Part shown: in pieces, positions 29,734 through 39,350 of the stretch
Layout: every line of letters starts with the position of its first letter
Position numbering within the stretch: the first letter of the stretch is position 1
From: a virus
Taxonomy: Duplodnaviria > Caudoviricetes
DNA length: 64,000 bases
Strand: one strand, 5' to 3'
IMG/VR virus record: IMGVR_UViG_3300028833_003520
Notes under the pieces: model-generated
Seen by the model: only the letters and a program-made list of their open reading frames with translations
The model's database searches: none
Told to the model about the DNA's origin: nothing
Made by a program: the position numbers and the translations under genes

Positions 29734-30420
29734 ATGCGAAAAGGCGGAATAAATATGGATGAATATAAGTATTGTGGCGTAGAGTTGGTTCCTGAGATTT
29801 TTTGTGAATTGATGATGCAATTATATGTAGGAGAGATTTTTAGTCGTCAAGAGTGCGTGGATAAAATAGTTAATTATCATAAGGCACACGGTGGGTTATG
29901 CAATAGAAAAAGTTATATAGATACGTTCAAGCGTTCGACACTTTTATTGCGAAGAAAAGGATATGATGTATCGAATGTTTCGTATGGTATGTGGAAAATA
30001 GGGAAGTCAGACGCTTTTATTTCGTATCGTAGTTTGCTTCGTAGCAATAGTATGAGTGAAAATGATTTTGAGGATGAAAAGTGTACAGAGATTGGTTCTG
30101 GTAATGAGACAATATATGTATATTATTATGTGACATATCGTAAATATGCTCTATTACAAGGTAAATCGGAGTGGTGCTGTAAGATTGGAATGACAACTAA
30201 AAATATTTGGGATAGGATATATTCTCAATCGGCTACTTGTTTTCCTGAAGAACCATATGTTGCTTTAATAATAAGATGCAATGATGCACGTAAGTTAGAA
30301 CAAACTATTCATAATATACTTAAAATGAAAAATAAGCAGATAGAAACGGCTCCTGGCAAGGAATGGTTTATAACATCTCCCTCAGAAGTAAAATCTATAT
30401 ATGAGAGTATTATAATGTAA
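29734..30420 (+). CDS. T5orf172/GIY-YIG-like nuclease domain protein with a putative N-terminal HTH
   Basis: IYVY...KIGMT...RI...LEQTIH...GKEWF. Confidence 0.75.
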   Translation: MRKGGINMDEYKYCGVELVPEIFCELMMQLYVGEIFSRQECVDKIVNYHKAHGGLCNRKSYIDTFKRSTLLLRRKGYDVSNVSYGMWKIGKSDAFISYRSLLRSNSMSENDFEDEKCTEIGSGNETIYVYYYVTYRKYALLQGKSEWCCKIGMTTKNIWDRIYSQSATCFPEEPYVALIIRCNDARKLEQTIHNILKMKNKQIETAPGKEWFITSPSEVKSIYESIIM

Positions 30421-30442
30421 TCGAGAAATGACAAAGCAATAA

Positions 30443-30480
30443 AAGAAAAAGCCCTCAACTTATGGTTGAGGGTTTCTTCT
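30443..30480. terminator. Bidirectional terminator
   Basis: A run-GCCCTCAAC-ttatg-GTTGAGGGT-T-rich, between convergent genes. Confidence 0.65.
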
Positions 30481-30509
30481 GTGTATATTGGAAGTTAGCC
30501 TGGATGGGT

Positions 30510-31139
30510 TTACTTACGATTAGCGGAAGCAATAGCCTCACGCTCCATAGCAGTAGCCATTCTTGCGGCGTTTGCTTCTTTATATTCTTGCATCTTCTTG
30601 TTGTTTGCTGCTGAAGTCGTTTTTGCAGCCTTCATAGGCTGAACGTGAGCAGGTACTATGATGTCCACATTATCCTCTACTACATCAAGCGGTTCGGATT
30701 CCTTCTGACTTGCGGAGTTTGAGTCAGGACCATTTGTAATTGTGCTTGACTGTTCATTTGTCGGTATTTCTGTAACGTCTGCCTGTTCTTTTGTTGCTGT
30801 TTCTCCGCCGTTGCGAAATCGGTGAATAGCACCTGTGATGAAATCGTTAGTGAGTTTGCACTCGTTTTCAGGATAGTGCTCAACGATGTTCTTTGCGATG
30901 CCAGGCAGGTCTTCTTCTGATGTGCAGTAGCCAAGAATAGTTGCGAGAAGGTCATACCTTGAAACTTCTTGCTGTCCACACCAGAAACTCTTAATCTCTT
31001 CAAGGTATTCTTCCTCTTCAGTGTCACCAGTGGAAACAGGCATTGGTATCATATCTTTGCCGTGTCCTGCAATGATGTCAAGCAGAAGTGTTTCAACAAT
31101 TACGGAAGTAATGTCCTTGATAGTGCTGTACTTGCTCAT
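30510..31139 (-). CDS. Hypothetical protein
   Basis: SD GAAAGGAG on the minus strand; 209 aa. Confidence 0.65.
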   Translation of the reverse strand: MSKYSTIKDITSVIVETLLLDIIAGHGKDMIPMPVSTGDTEEEEYLEEIKSFWCGQQEVSRYDLLATILGYCTSEEDLPGIAKNIVEHYPENECKLTNDFITGAIHRFRNGGETATKEQADVTEIPTNEQSSTITNGPDSNSASQKESEPLDVVEDNVDIIVPAHVQPMKAAKTTSAANNKKMQEYKEANAARMATAMEREAIASANRK

Positions 31140-31252
31140 AGTGAGAGACTCCTTTCGATTTAATAAACTTGTTTTATATTCTATAAAAAGTTTGGTACGA
31201 AATCAATGAGATTTTTCTTGATATACAAGGGATTTTATAATAAACTTATCTT

Positions 31253-31393
31253 ATGAAAAAGATGTTCATAAATCAACTTAAATATATCAAAGAAAACCCA
31301 GAAATTGCTCTCCTTTACGTCTTTTGCGTAGGAGGTTTAGCATTTTGCGGTTGGTTTTTCGTGATGTTGATTCGAGAGGGAGTGCTGTTATGA
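31253..31393 (+). CDS. Putative leaderless small membrane protein (46 aa, not in the ORF track)
   Basis: ATG 7 nt after a class B-like -10 (31241-46); one TM; stop overlaps ATG 31390. Confidence 0.35.
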   Translation: MKKMFINQLKYIKENPEIALLYVFCVGGLAFCGWFFVMLIREGVLL

Positions 31394-31737
31394 CTGACCA
31401 AGAAAAAGAACAGATGTTATTGGAAGAGCGATATGCGACTATAAGGAGTCAGGTAAGAGATGCCTATGTCAGTTATAATGTTTGGAAAAGGGAAAGAGCA
31501 AATAATAGTCAGTATATCGAGGAATTAAGTCATAAGAAGAATCTTTTTAATTTCATTTCCATCAATAAGCAGATAAAAGAGGCTTTGAAATGGAATGAGG
31601 AATTGGATAAAAAGATACAAGAGATTGAGGATAAGTTGAAGCCTTACGACGATGAGATGAAAGAAATTGAATCAAAGTTAGGTGGTCGGCTCGAAGCCTT
31701 ATACGGAAGAGAACAAGGCTGGTGGATTAAGAAGTAA
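31390..31737 (+). CDS. Coiled-coil hypothetical protein
   Basis: ATG after GGGAG. Confidence 0.55.
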   Translation: MTDQEKEQMLLEERYATIRSQVRDAYVSYNVWKRERANNSQYIEELSHKKNLFNFISINKQIKEALKWNEELDKKIQEIEDKLKPYDDEMKEIESKLGGRLEALYGREQGWWIKK

Positions 31738-31904
31738 TCACTTATCAGAAATGTGCATTAGAAAAAGCGTGTAACCTATTGAAACTGTTAAGGCAAATAG
31801 GATAGCGATTAGTTTCATAATGTACCTCTTGAAAAAATCGAATTTGATATATAGATAGTACCATTATTGGATAGCGATATCAATAAAAGATGTCGCTATT
31901 TTGC

Positions 31905-31933
31905 TTGATATATGAGGATTTTTGTTGTAAAAT
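31905..31933 (+). promoter_or_regulatory. Class B promoter
   Basis: TTGATA-TATGAG-N11-TAAAAT. Confidence 0.65.
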
Positions 31934-31965
31934 TAGTTATACTCTTGAAAGGGGTTTATGCATTT

Positions 31966-32109
31966 ATGAGTAAGACAGAAAAATCATTTCTAACGAGGTT
32001 CTTCGAGAAAAAATCCGAAGATATTAAAATACCAAAGATTAGTGGCGACAAGATGCTTGAGCAGATTAAAGCCCGACAGGAGAAAGAAGGTAAATCAGAT
32101 GATAACTGA
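31966..32109 (+). CDS. Small hypothetical protein
   Basis: ATG after AAAGGGG. Confidence 0.4.
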   Translation: MSKTEKSFLTRFFEKKSEDIKIPKISGDKMLEQIKARQEKEGKSDDN

Positions 32110-32407
32110 CGCAATAAATCCTGTAGAGACAGGAGTTTGTATGAATTATGCAGTGCAGGACTTTGCATACGGTGTTACCGTTGCTCAAACCGAAACGGAT
32201 AATCATACATCAAGACAGTTTGTAGGAGAGGATAATCACAAAATAACCTGTAAGGTTGGTGAGAAAGTGATTATCACTAATAAGGACGCTACTGGAGAGC
32301 ATTTATGCGTTGGCGTGATTACTAACTTTGAAGATGATTTCATAGAAGTTGATGGAGCCATTATCGTAAAGTTTGAAGGTATTAGGTATATAGGTAGAAT
32401 AGGATAA
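32099..32407 (+). CDS. Small beta-barrel-like protein, paralogue of 34048-34344
   Basis: Shared KVG(E/D)KV...NK...GxITxF...YIG. Confidence 0.5.
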   Translation: MITDAINPVETGVCMNYAVQDFAYGVTVAQTETDNHTSRQFVGEDNHKITCKVGEKVIITNKDATGEHLCVGVITNFEDDFIEVDGAIIVKFEGIRYIGRIG

Positions 32408-32408
32408 T

Positions 32409-33320
32409 ATGAAGAAAACAACTTGTGGTTTTTGTGGTTCGTGGATGGACGCAACCGATGAAAAGTGTCCTTCTTGCGGTGCTACTAATACGAGTTATGT
32501 CAGAACGGCTGAAGATACTCCGAAGACTATCGAGGAGTTAAAGAAGTGGTGTTCTGATAATCATTTAGACCTTGCCAATATGCATATTCATATTGGAGAG
32601 GACTATAAAGGACCAAAAGCCTTTGGTATCTATAAGGACGGTTCCAATTTTGTTGTTTATAAAAACAAAGATGCAGGCAGTAGGTCTGTTCGCTATGAAG
32701 GACCTGACGAGGAGTATGCAGTAAATGAACTTCTTTTGAAGATTAAGAATATGATTCTTACGGCAAAAGAAGCAACATTAAATCCTGATAGCCCAAATCG
32801 AAAATATGTCAAAAGTGAAGCAAAAAAGCCAGAGCCTTTGTCTGAGCCAGAGCCTCAGATATATCGTCAAACTAAAAGGTCCGGCTTTGATTGGAACTTT
32901 TTAGTTTCGTTAATTCCTGTTGTTCTTCTGATTGCTTTTGTCATCTTTATGGTTGGCAGTTGTAATAGAACAATAGCCATAGGTCTTGAGAATGGTTATT
33001 ATGAGACACAGCCTTCTTATGGTCAGTTTTTCGTTGGTAATTTTAGTTACGAAAATCCAAGCCATTCATATTCGAATGATGACAGTAATACAAATCATAC
33101 TATCCAGTGGAATAACGATGATGATGATAACGATAGTGGTTGGAATTATAGTTATGATGATGATGATGACGATGATTGGGATTATGGTGGTTATGATTAC
33201 GACGACTACGATTACGACGACTACGATTGGGATGGCGGATGGGACTCCGATGATTGGGATGGCGGCTATGATAGTGGCTACGATTACGACAGTGGTTATG
33301 ACTGGGGAAGTGACTGGTAA
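32409..33320 (+). CDS. Zinc-ribbon membrane protein with a D/Y/G/W low-complexity tail
   Basis: CGFC...CPSC, TM segment, DDDW/DYDD/DSGY/DWGSDW tail. Confidence 0.7.
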   Translation: MKKTTCGFCGSWMDATDEKCPSCGATNTSYVRTAEDTPKTIEELKKWCSDNHLDLANMHIHIGEDYKGPKAFGIYKDGSNFVVYKNKDAGSRSVRYEGPDEEYAVNELLLKIKNMILTAKEATLNPDSPNRKYVKSEAKKPEPLSEPEPQIYRQTKRSGFDWNFLVSLIPVVLLIAFVIFMVGSCNRTIAIGLENGYYETQPSYGQFFVGNFSYENPSHSYSNDDSNTNHTIQWNNDDDDNDSGWNYSYDDDDDDDWDYGGYDYDDYDYDDYDWDGGWDSDDWDGGYDSGYDYDSGYDWGSDW

Positions 33321-33354
33321 GGAAGGCAATGTTATTAAGTTAAGGAATTTAGAG

Positions 33355-33795
33355 ATGATAAATTTGAGATTAGACGAAAACAATATAGATGAACTTCTTG
33401 ATTTTTGCGAAGGAAAATATCCGTTAACAAAGGAAATCGCCTGCAATATCTGTGTAGGAACACACCCTGTTAATCCTTGCACGCAGGTATATGGTGCATT
33501 TTGTAATGAAGATGGCAAAAGTGAACTTGTAGCGATAATGACTGCAACATACAGTATTGTATTTCCGCATAGAGATGGTACTCGAATGGTCCATATTAGC
33601 GGAGCATATACAAAAGATAATTTCAGGCATCAAGGATATGCATCGACTTTGCTAAAGGCTATTGAAAGAGATGCAAGGGATTGTTTTCAGGCAGATTACA
33701 TCTGTTGCGATTCTACAGCAAATAGCCTGTACAAGAAAAATGGCTTTCGAGAAGCACCAACTGATGAAACACGATTGTGGAAACAATTGTCTTAA
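33355..33795 (+). CDS. GNAT-family N-acetyltransferase
   Basis: YTKDNFRHQGYASTLL (motif A) and LYKKNGF. Confidence 0.8.
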   Translation: MINLRLDENNIDELLDFCEGKYPLTKEIACNICVGTHPVNPCTQVYGAFCNEDGKSELVAIMTATYSIVFPHRDGTRMVHISGAYTKDNFRHQGYASTLLKAIERDARDCFQADYICCDSTANSLYKKNGFREAPTDETRLWKQLS

Positions 33796-33827
33796 CTTAA
33801 AACATTGGTAAGAAAGGAGATTTTTTT

Positions 33828-34034
33828 ATGGGTAAACGCTCGGCAAGAAAGAAAGCAAAGAAACGCTACTCTTATTATGCCAATAGGGGTCGGGAAATGC
33901 CCCAAAAGCCTGTAAGGTATCATTATACGGAGCATACAAGTAGCAGTTCTTATACAGGTGGTAGTGATGATTTCAATCGCAGACAACAGCAAATTAACGA
34001 TGCTGCGGCTTGCATACCGTTTATGATGATGTAA
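33828..34034 (+). CDS. Small basic hypothetical protein
   Basis: SD GAAAGGAG. Confidence 0.5.
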   Translation: MGKRSARKKAKKRYSYYANRGREMPQKPVRYHYTEHTSSSSYTGGSDDFNRRQQQINDAAACIPFMMM

Positions 34035-34047
34035 AGAGGAGTAAAAT

Positions 34048-34344
34048 ATGACTATTGATGTAAGAGATTGTGTTTATGGCGATATTCGCATTATTAACAT
34101 AAACGATTCAGATGAGAGGATTTTATCGGATAACCATAACAACAATATCCTTATCAAAGTAGGTGATAAAGTTGTTTATGCGAATAAGAGTATGTTTTAT
34201 AAGATTATTCGCACAGGTACAATCACTGGATTTGATAAGGAAGACCCGTCAAGGGTACACATTGGTGGTATATCCGTAAGTGTGCCTGGAGAGGCATATA
34301 TAGGTGTTCTAAATCCGACAGATGTAACGGTAAATCTTGAGTGA
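34048..34344 (+). CDS. Small beta-barrel-like protein, paralogue of 32099-32407
   Basis: SD GAGGAG; shared motifs. Confidence 0.5.
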   Translation: MTIDVRDCVYGDIRIININDSDERILSDNHNNNILIKVGDKVVYANKSMFYKIIRTGTITGFDKEDPSRVHIGGISVSVPGEAYIGVLNPTDVTVNLE

Positions 34345-34345
34345 T

Positions 34346-34888
34346 ATGAAGTTGCCAAAAGAATACAACAAGTCATTAAGACAATGGGCAAGAAATGTTG
34401 AAGAAGGCGATTACATTTTAGGTATCGCAGGCGTTTTGTTATCATCATTTATTGCACTTCCTTTCACCGTTAAAATCGTTTTAACGATAATGAAGGATTG
34501 TTGGATTTCAATATGGATTGGTGGCATCTGGTTAGCACTTGTGGTATTGGCAACGATTTCGGCAGTATTTGCGTCCGTTGCGAAAAACGGTATGAAAAAT
34601 GCCGAGAAGATTGTTGAAGAATATGATTGCGAAATAGCCACAGTACAAGATGTGTTATATAGTGGTTCGTCAACAAATCACTATCAGTTTATCTTTAATC
34701 TTAAAGATAAAAAGGATGCCAAAGTTCTCGCTGATATAGTTGATTGGGACGATATAACAGTACATCAAAAGGTTGGCAAAGAGGAATTTTATGTAGTTCA
34801 TATAGGACGATATTACTATGCGATTAAGAGGTCGGCAGACCCGTCATCGTATAGGTTGTTGGGCTTAGGTGAAGATATATTTTCTTGA
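34346..34888 (+). CDS. Two-TM membrane protein, tandem paralogue 1
   Basis: Starts MKLPKEYN; EYDC after TM2. Confidence 0.65.
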   Translation: MKLPKEYNKSLRQWARNVEEGDYILGIAGVLLSSFIALPFTVKIVLTIMKDCWISIWIGGIWLALVVLATISAVFASVAKNGMKNAEKIVEEYDCEIATVQDVLYSGSSTNHYQFIFNLKDKKDAKVLADIVDWDDITVHQKVGKEEFYVVHIGRYYYAIKRSADPSSYRLLGLGEDIFS

Positions 34889-34901
34889 GAGGAGAAGTCT
34901 T

Positions 34902-35423
34902 ATGAATTTACCGTCAGAATACAACGAAAGATTGCGTTATGTAATCAAGAATGAAGCAGGAACTTATGCAGTAATCGTAGGAGTAGCGATGCTTTTGGTA
35001 AGTTATCCTTTTGCTAAACTTGTAGAAGACCTTTTCACAGAGTCGTTTACATCAGTACCAGAGTATGTGATTGTAGCAATTTCCATACTTTTCGTAGGAG
35101 CCGTAGTTGCTCTCTTCATAACGCAGTTGGTATCGCTTTCTTTCTTAAAGAAAGAGGAATATGATTGTCAATTGTGTACTATTAAGAATAAATTCTACAT
35201 TAAGAGCAATCCTGAAGGTGAGAAAGTGTCTTCTTATATATTGGTATTTGAAGAACCAAAAGTTCCAAACGCATTGGTTTCAAAAGAAGTATGGAAGTCA
35301 TCTTTTCAAGGAGACAAATGTTATGTAATCCGTTGTGGTATGTGGACATTTGCTTTCGAGACAGTAGAACGGTCTTCTGATGTGCGTAGATATATTGAGA
35401 ACGGTAAAGAGGTATGGGACTAA
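34902..35423 (+). CDS. Two-TM membrane protein, tandem paralogue 2
   Basis: Starts MNLPSEYN; EYDC after TM2. Confidence 0.65.
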   Translation: MNLPSEYNERLRYVIKNEAGTYAVIVGVAMLLVSYPFAKLVEDLFTESFTSVPEYVIVAISILFVGAVVALFITQLVSLSFLKKEEYDCQLCTIKNKFYIKSNPEGEKVSSYILVFEEPKVPNALVSKEVWKSSFQGDKCYVIRCGMWTFAFETVERSSDVRRYIENGKEVWD

Positions 35424-35435
35424 AGGAGTGATAAA

Positions 35436-35930
35436 GTGATATTACCGAAAGAATATAACGCTCATCTTAAGCGTTGTGTTAAGCATAAAGATACAGCATT
35501 ATTACTGGTTGGTTCTTTAGGGATAATAGTGGCTACAGGCTTGCTTGTGGTCACTATACCAGTTATGCGTGATAAAAATAGCGATGGTATCTTGAAGTTA
35601 TCTGATATTGGTGCGATAGCGATATTTGCGTGTATGTTGCTCATAACGGTTACAATGGTGATTGTGGCAATAATGTCGCTTATTGCGATTCGAAAAAGTA
35701 AAACGGAATATAAATGTCAATGCTTTGCGTTAAAAAGCAAGGAACTACTCCGTAGTGCTGATGATGGAAATATAAGCGGATATATTCTTTACTTTGAGAA
35801 CAATAAAGGTAAAGAAATAAAGGCTGAACCCTATTCAGGTAGTGTTTGGTATTGGGCGAAGCCTAATGACAAGTTTTACATAGTTACAATAGGGTTCATT
35901 AACTATGCATTCGAGGTGAAAGATATATGA
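35436..35930 (+). CDS. Two-TM membrane protein, tandem paralogue 3
   Basis: Starts MILPKEYN; EYKC after TM2. Confidence 0.65.
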   Translation: MILPKEYNAHLKRCVKHKDTALLLVGSLGIIVATGLLVVTIPVMRDKNSDGILKLSDIGAIAIFACMLLITVTMVIVAIMSLIAIRKSKTEYKCQCFALKSKELLRSADDGNISGYILYFENNKGKEIKAEPYSGSVWYWAKPNDKFYIVTIGFINYAFEVKDI

Positions 35931-36065
35931 ATACAACTGAAGGCATCATTTTCTTGATAATTCTTGTCGTGATATTAGGAATAATAGTGACAAGCATAAT
36001 TCGTGCCATATTTGAACCATCTTCAACCGAGGACTCTCGGTGCAGAGGTGGACACGATTTTTGAG

Positions 36066-36105
36066 AAAAAAAAGAGGGGCATTCCTGTTAAGGAATACCC
36101 CTTTT
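36066..36105. terminator. Bidirectional terminator
   Basis: A run-GAGGGGCATTCCT...AGGAATACCCCTT-TT. Confidence 0.65.
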
Positions 36106-36129
36106 CATTAGCAATCAATGATGAATTGT

Positions 36130-36507
36130 TTAGACTACTTTCTTGATGGGAGCAGGGCGTACCTGTGCGTTAGACACAGTGCCGTGCTTTTCCATCTGCT
36201 TGAGTGCTCTACGATGCTCGTAACGACGCTGTGCGATTGCTTTCGCAACCTGTTCCTCATTCTTCATTGTTGCACCTGCTATACCGCCTGAAATGGCGAA
36301 TATAGCACAAGATACCCATACTCCTGTCCAAGTAGCAGATTCTTCTGCCTTGGTCATAGGAGTGTGCGTCTCATCAGCATAGTCGAAGTGTCCGACATAG
36401 CCTATCATAGCGAAAAAGGCGAGTGTAGCGATGAGTGCTGCAGGTATCATAACGATTCTTAACTTTGTTCTTTCCTTACGTAATCTTGCAAGACTTACAC
36501 GTTTCAT
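36130..36507 (-). CDS. Two-TM membrane protein
   Basis: ATG 36507 after AAGGAG; two hydrophobic segments. Confidence 0.6.
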   Translation of the reverse strand: MKRVSLARLRKERTKLRIVMIPAALIATLAFFAMIGYVGHFDYADETHTPMTKAEESATWTGVWVSCAIFAISGGIAGATMKNEEQVAKAIAQRRYEHRRALKQMEKHGTVSNAQVRPAPIKKVV

Positions 36508-36650
36508 AGCGAGTTTCTCCTTCAAAGATAAGAATGAAGTTCAATAAGAACTAAGCCTTTTATGAAAATACGTGCAGTATTTGAATTGATTAAAGGGAGT
36601 AGTTAGATTAGAAATCCCAAACAAAAAGAACGGCTAATCAAAGCCGTTCC

Positions 36651-38387
36651 TTATATTCTGATAAGACCATTTATTGTCTGTCTCTGAAGGGGTACACAGA
36701 CCTTATCTTGGTCAGGTCCGTGATAACCTGGATTCATCCAATCCTTCAGGTCATAAACGAGGATTAAAGGCTCAGGTTTGAGCATTTTATCACCTGTCCT
36801 TATAGCCTTTGTCCTGCCAGGACAAATCCAACCGCAATCGGTTGTCTCAATTACTGCAAGAAGGTCAGTGATAAATGTGTTTTTACCTTGAAGCGAGCCG
36901 TTAGGCGAGTTCTTCTTAAACCACGCCTTATATCCATCGTAAAGGAATGCAAACGGCAGGACATCCCATACACAGCAAGGTAAGAATTCGTCAACGAATT
37001 GCTTGATAGGGTCGTTGAACATTTTGTAATCGTCCAATGCCGTGACGCATACATCAGGTTCAGAAAGTTCGTAATAGTTCATATTGAGAACTTTCCACAA
37101 AACATATTCGAGAACTTCTGTTCTACCAAGATAGTCATCTTTGATGTATCTTCTTTCGTGACCTGTGAAACACTTGTCAAAGGGCACGAATAATTGTCTT
37201 CTGTAGAATGAGTCGGATTTATCTTTAATTCGAGGCATCTCGTTGATACACTGAACCATAAATCCGTAGAACTGATAGGCGATAGGTGTCTTAAATTTTC
37301 TGTTCAACTGAATGACATCATTCGTGATGATGGCTTTCAGATTGGCAGCCTTGTCGATAAATTCACCGACGTTATTCTCGTCAACGATAATAGCGGTAGC
37401 CTGAAGCAGAGGTTCGAGCATAAAGTCTTTGCTGAAATCCGACAGAGGAATTGAAGCATAACTTTCTTTTCCACAAAGTTGTCTCATCAATTCGCAGAGC
37501 GTACCCTTACCGTTGTTACCTTTGTTGGAATAGAACCAAGCACTCTTGTTCCAACTAACGTGCGGTCTGATAATAGCACCTAAGATTTCCCAAAGGAGAT
37601 TTACGACCTGAGGGTTATCAGACAGTTCGTTCATCCAAGACTCGACATCCCAATCCGTATTATCAATAGGATTGTGGATAACAATGTTCGTGGCGTTAGG
37701 ATTGTAGTTGACACGAGATTTAGCGATGAAAACATACTTTGGGTCAAAATCATAGAGTTGTTTATCGGCATAATTAAAGATGCCGTTATTGACCGCAATC
37801 AAGTCTCTATCGGTGCATCTGACTTTTCTCTCTGCAAGGTCTTTCATTGCCATCTTAACTTCACTTATACCTTTAGAAGTGATGTTGTACTTAAATTGCC
37901 GAATGAGTTCGTTGAAGACATTATCTTTAGTTACATAGATACCCTTGTCGTGACCTTTATCTTGATAGATAGCAAGAAGGTCATACTCAACATCAGCGTT
38001 GGCTCCTGCACAAGCGATACGACAAATAGGGTACATAAACAGCAAAATATCCGCTATCTGCGATTCAGACAGGGAAGAGGGAAGTTGCCATTTTTCGCCT
38101 TTTTCAGCGTTAGCGTTATGTGCCTGGAAACAATCTATTGTAAGACGCAGTAAATCCTGTTGGATTTCTGACGGTGTTTTGCTTTTGTTGAAGAGGTTGC
38201 TCTCAAGATAATGTTTAGTGATGAGTTTCATATAGTCGTCTTTGGAACACAGTTCTGCAGAATTGGATAAATCAGCAAGAACTCTTGTATATTCAAGACC
38301 ATATGTAGCATCAGCATCAACGGTAGTGGCAGTATCAGTTTCAGATTCTAAAATTTCATCAGATACGATATTCTCGTCCTTAGGCAT
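36651..38387 (-). CDS. Phage/plasmid P4-family (D5-like) primase-helicase, SF3 helicase portion
   Basis: D5_N LIAVNNGIF, Walker A GNNGKGT, Walker B IIVDEN, RIKDKSDSFYRR, C-terminal wHTH-like DPIKQF...LYDGYKAW. Confidence 0.85.
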   Translation of the reverse strand: MPKDENIVSDEILESETDTATTVDADATYGLEYTRVLADLSNSAELCSKDDYMKLITKHYLESNLFNKSKTPSEIQQDLLRLTIDCFQAHNANAEKGEKWQLPSSLSESQIADILLFMYPICRIACAGANADVEYDLLAIYQDKGHDKGIYVTKDNVFNELIRQFKYNITSKGISEVKMAMKDLAERKVRCTDRDLIAVNNGIFNYADKQLYDFDPKYVFIAKSRVNYNPNATNIVIHNPIDNTDWDVESWMNELSDNPQVVNLLWEILGAIIRPHVSWNKSAWFYSNKGNNGKGTLCELMRQLCGKESYASIPLSDFSKDFMLEPLLQATAIIVDENNVGEFIDKAANLKAIITNDVIQLNRKFKTPIAYQFYGFMVQCINEMPRIKDKSDSFYRRQLFVPFDKCFTGHERRYIKDDYLGRTEVLEYVLWKVLNMNYYELSEPDVCVTALDDYKMFNDPIKQFVDEFLPCCVWDVLPFAFLYDGYKAWFKKNSPNGSLQGKNTFITDLLAVIETTDCGWICPGRTKAIRTGDKMLKPEPLILVYDLKDWMNPGYHGPDQDKVCVPLQRQTINGLIRI

Positions 38388-38449
38388 TGTCTATTCTCCT
38401 TTCTCAAGATTTACGCTTTTAAGCAGAGTGCGTAAAACTGCGGTGGTCA

Positions 38450-38647
38450 TCAGGTTTCGACGGAATTATTGTTTATAATCGCATCTACCTGCTCAGAAGA
38501 ATAGATTCTTTGACCGCTTGGGAGAATGTGATGAGGCTTGACTTTACCTTCTTTGTCCCAACGCCTAACTGTTTGCGTAGATGCTCCAATCGCATCTGCA
38601 AACTCGCCTACGGTGTACCAGCGTTTCTTAGTTTCGTTCTGGTCCAT
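38450..38647 (-). CDS. MerR/excisionase-like helix-turn-helix protein
   Basis: YTVGEFADAIGASTQTVRRWDKEG...GQRIY. Confidence 0.85.
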   Translation of the reverse strand: MDQNETKKRWYTVGEFADAIGASTQTVRRWDKEGKVKPHHILPSGQRIYSSEQVDAIINNNSVET

Positions 38648-39350
38648 ACGCTTCTCCTTTCATAGAATTTGGCTCTTATATAGAGCCGAAAAGCACTTGA
38701 AAAGTGTGATGTTTAGTTACTTAAAGGTATATAAAGTATATCAACCTTTATCAAACGTAACCAAACTATATCATACTTACATATATTCGTCAACATAAAA
38801 TCCTTCAATTTTTAATTGATAAATGAGTAAATTTCGCAGATATAAGTTAATAAAAGAACAAAAAAAAAAAGAGCAAGTGCTCGTGTTCATACCGATAGGG
38901 TCCCTGTCCAAAAGATTGCTATCAGAACGGACTCGAATGAGGAAGTCTGATAAGAAAGTGATAAATGGAGTCAGGGTGGTAAGACGTTATCGAGAAATTT
39001 ACCATTAAATCTGTTGTTCAATGATTCTACGATTTTATCGTGTAAAAACTGGAAAATTTATGAAAAGGTTGGAATTTGGAACAAATTGCAAGCCGAAGGG
39101 TACTTTTTATGACATTTTTCAGTTTTAAGAAAAAGACTATGTGTTCTGAAAGAATCCAGAACATAAATGTGACGGATTTCTTTGGCGAAACGTAAGCGAA
39201 GCCTTTTCAAAATAGAAAAGAAAGAAATGTTATTTTCCGTGTTTATGGAGAGTTTTATTTGTTTCAAAGTTTATCTTATGAAACCAAAAGTAAAAGGATT
39301 TTGATAAAAGGAAAGGATTTTTGATTCTATGTTACAATTTGCAGAATTGC

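Noticed and set aside
32986-33354. N-terminal Met/Ile/Thr-rich extension of the GNAT ORF, or a tandem DNA repeat
   Set aside because: It is the alternative frame of the Asp/Tyr-rich tail of 32409-33320.
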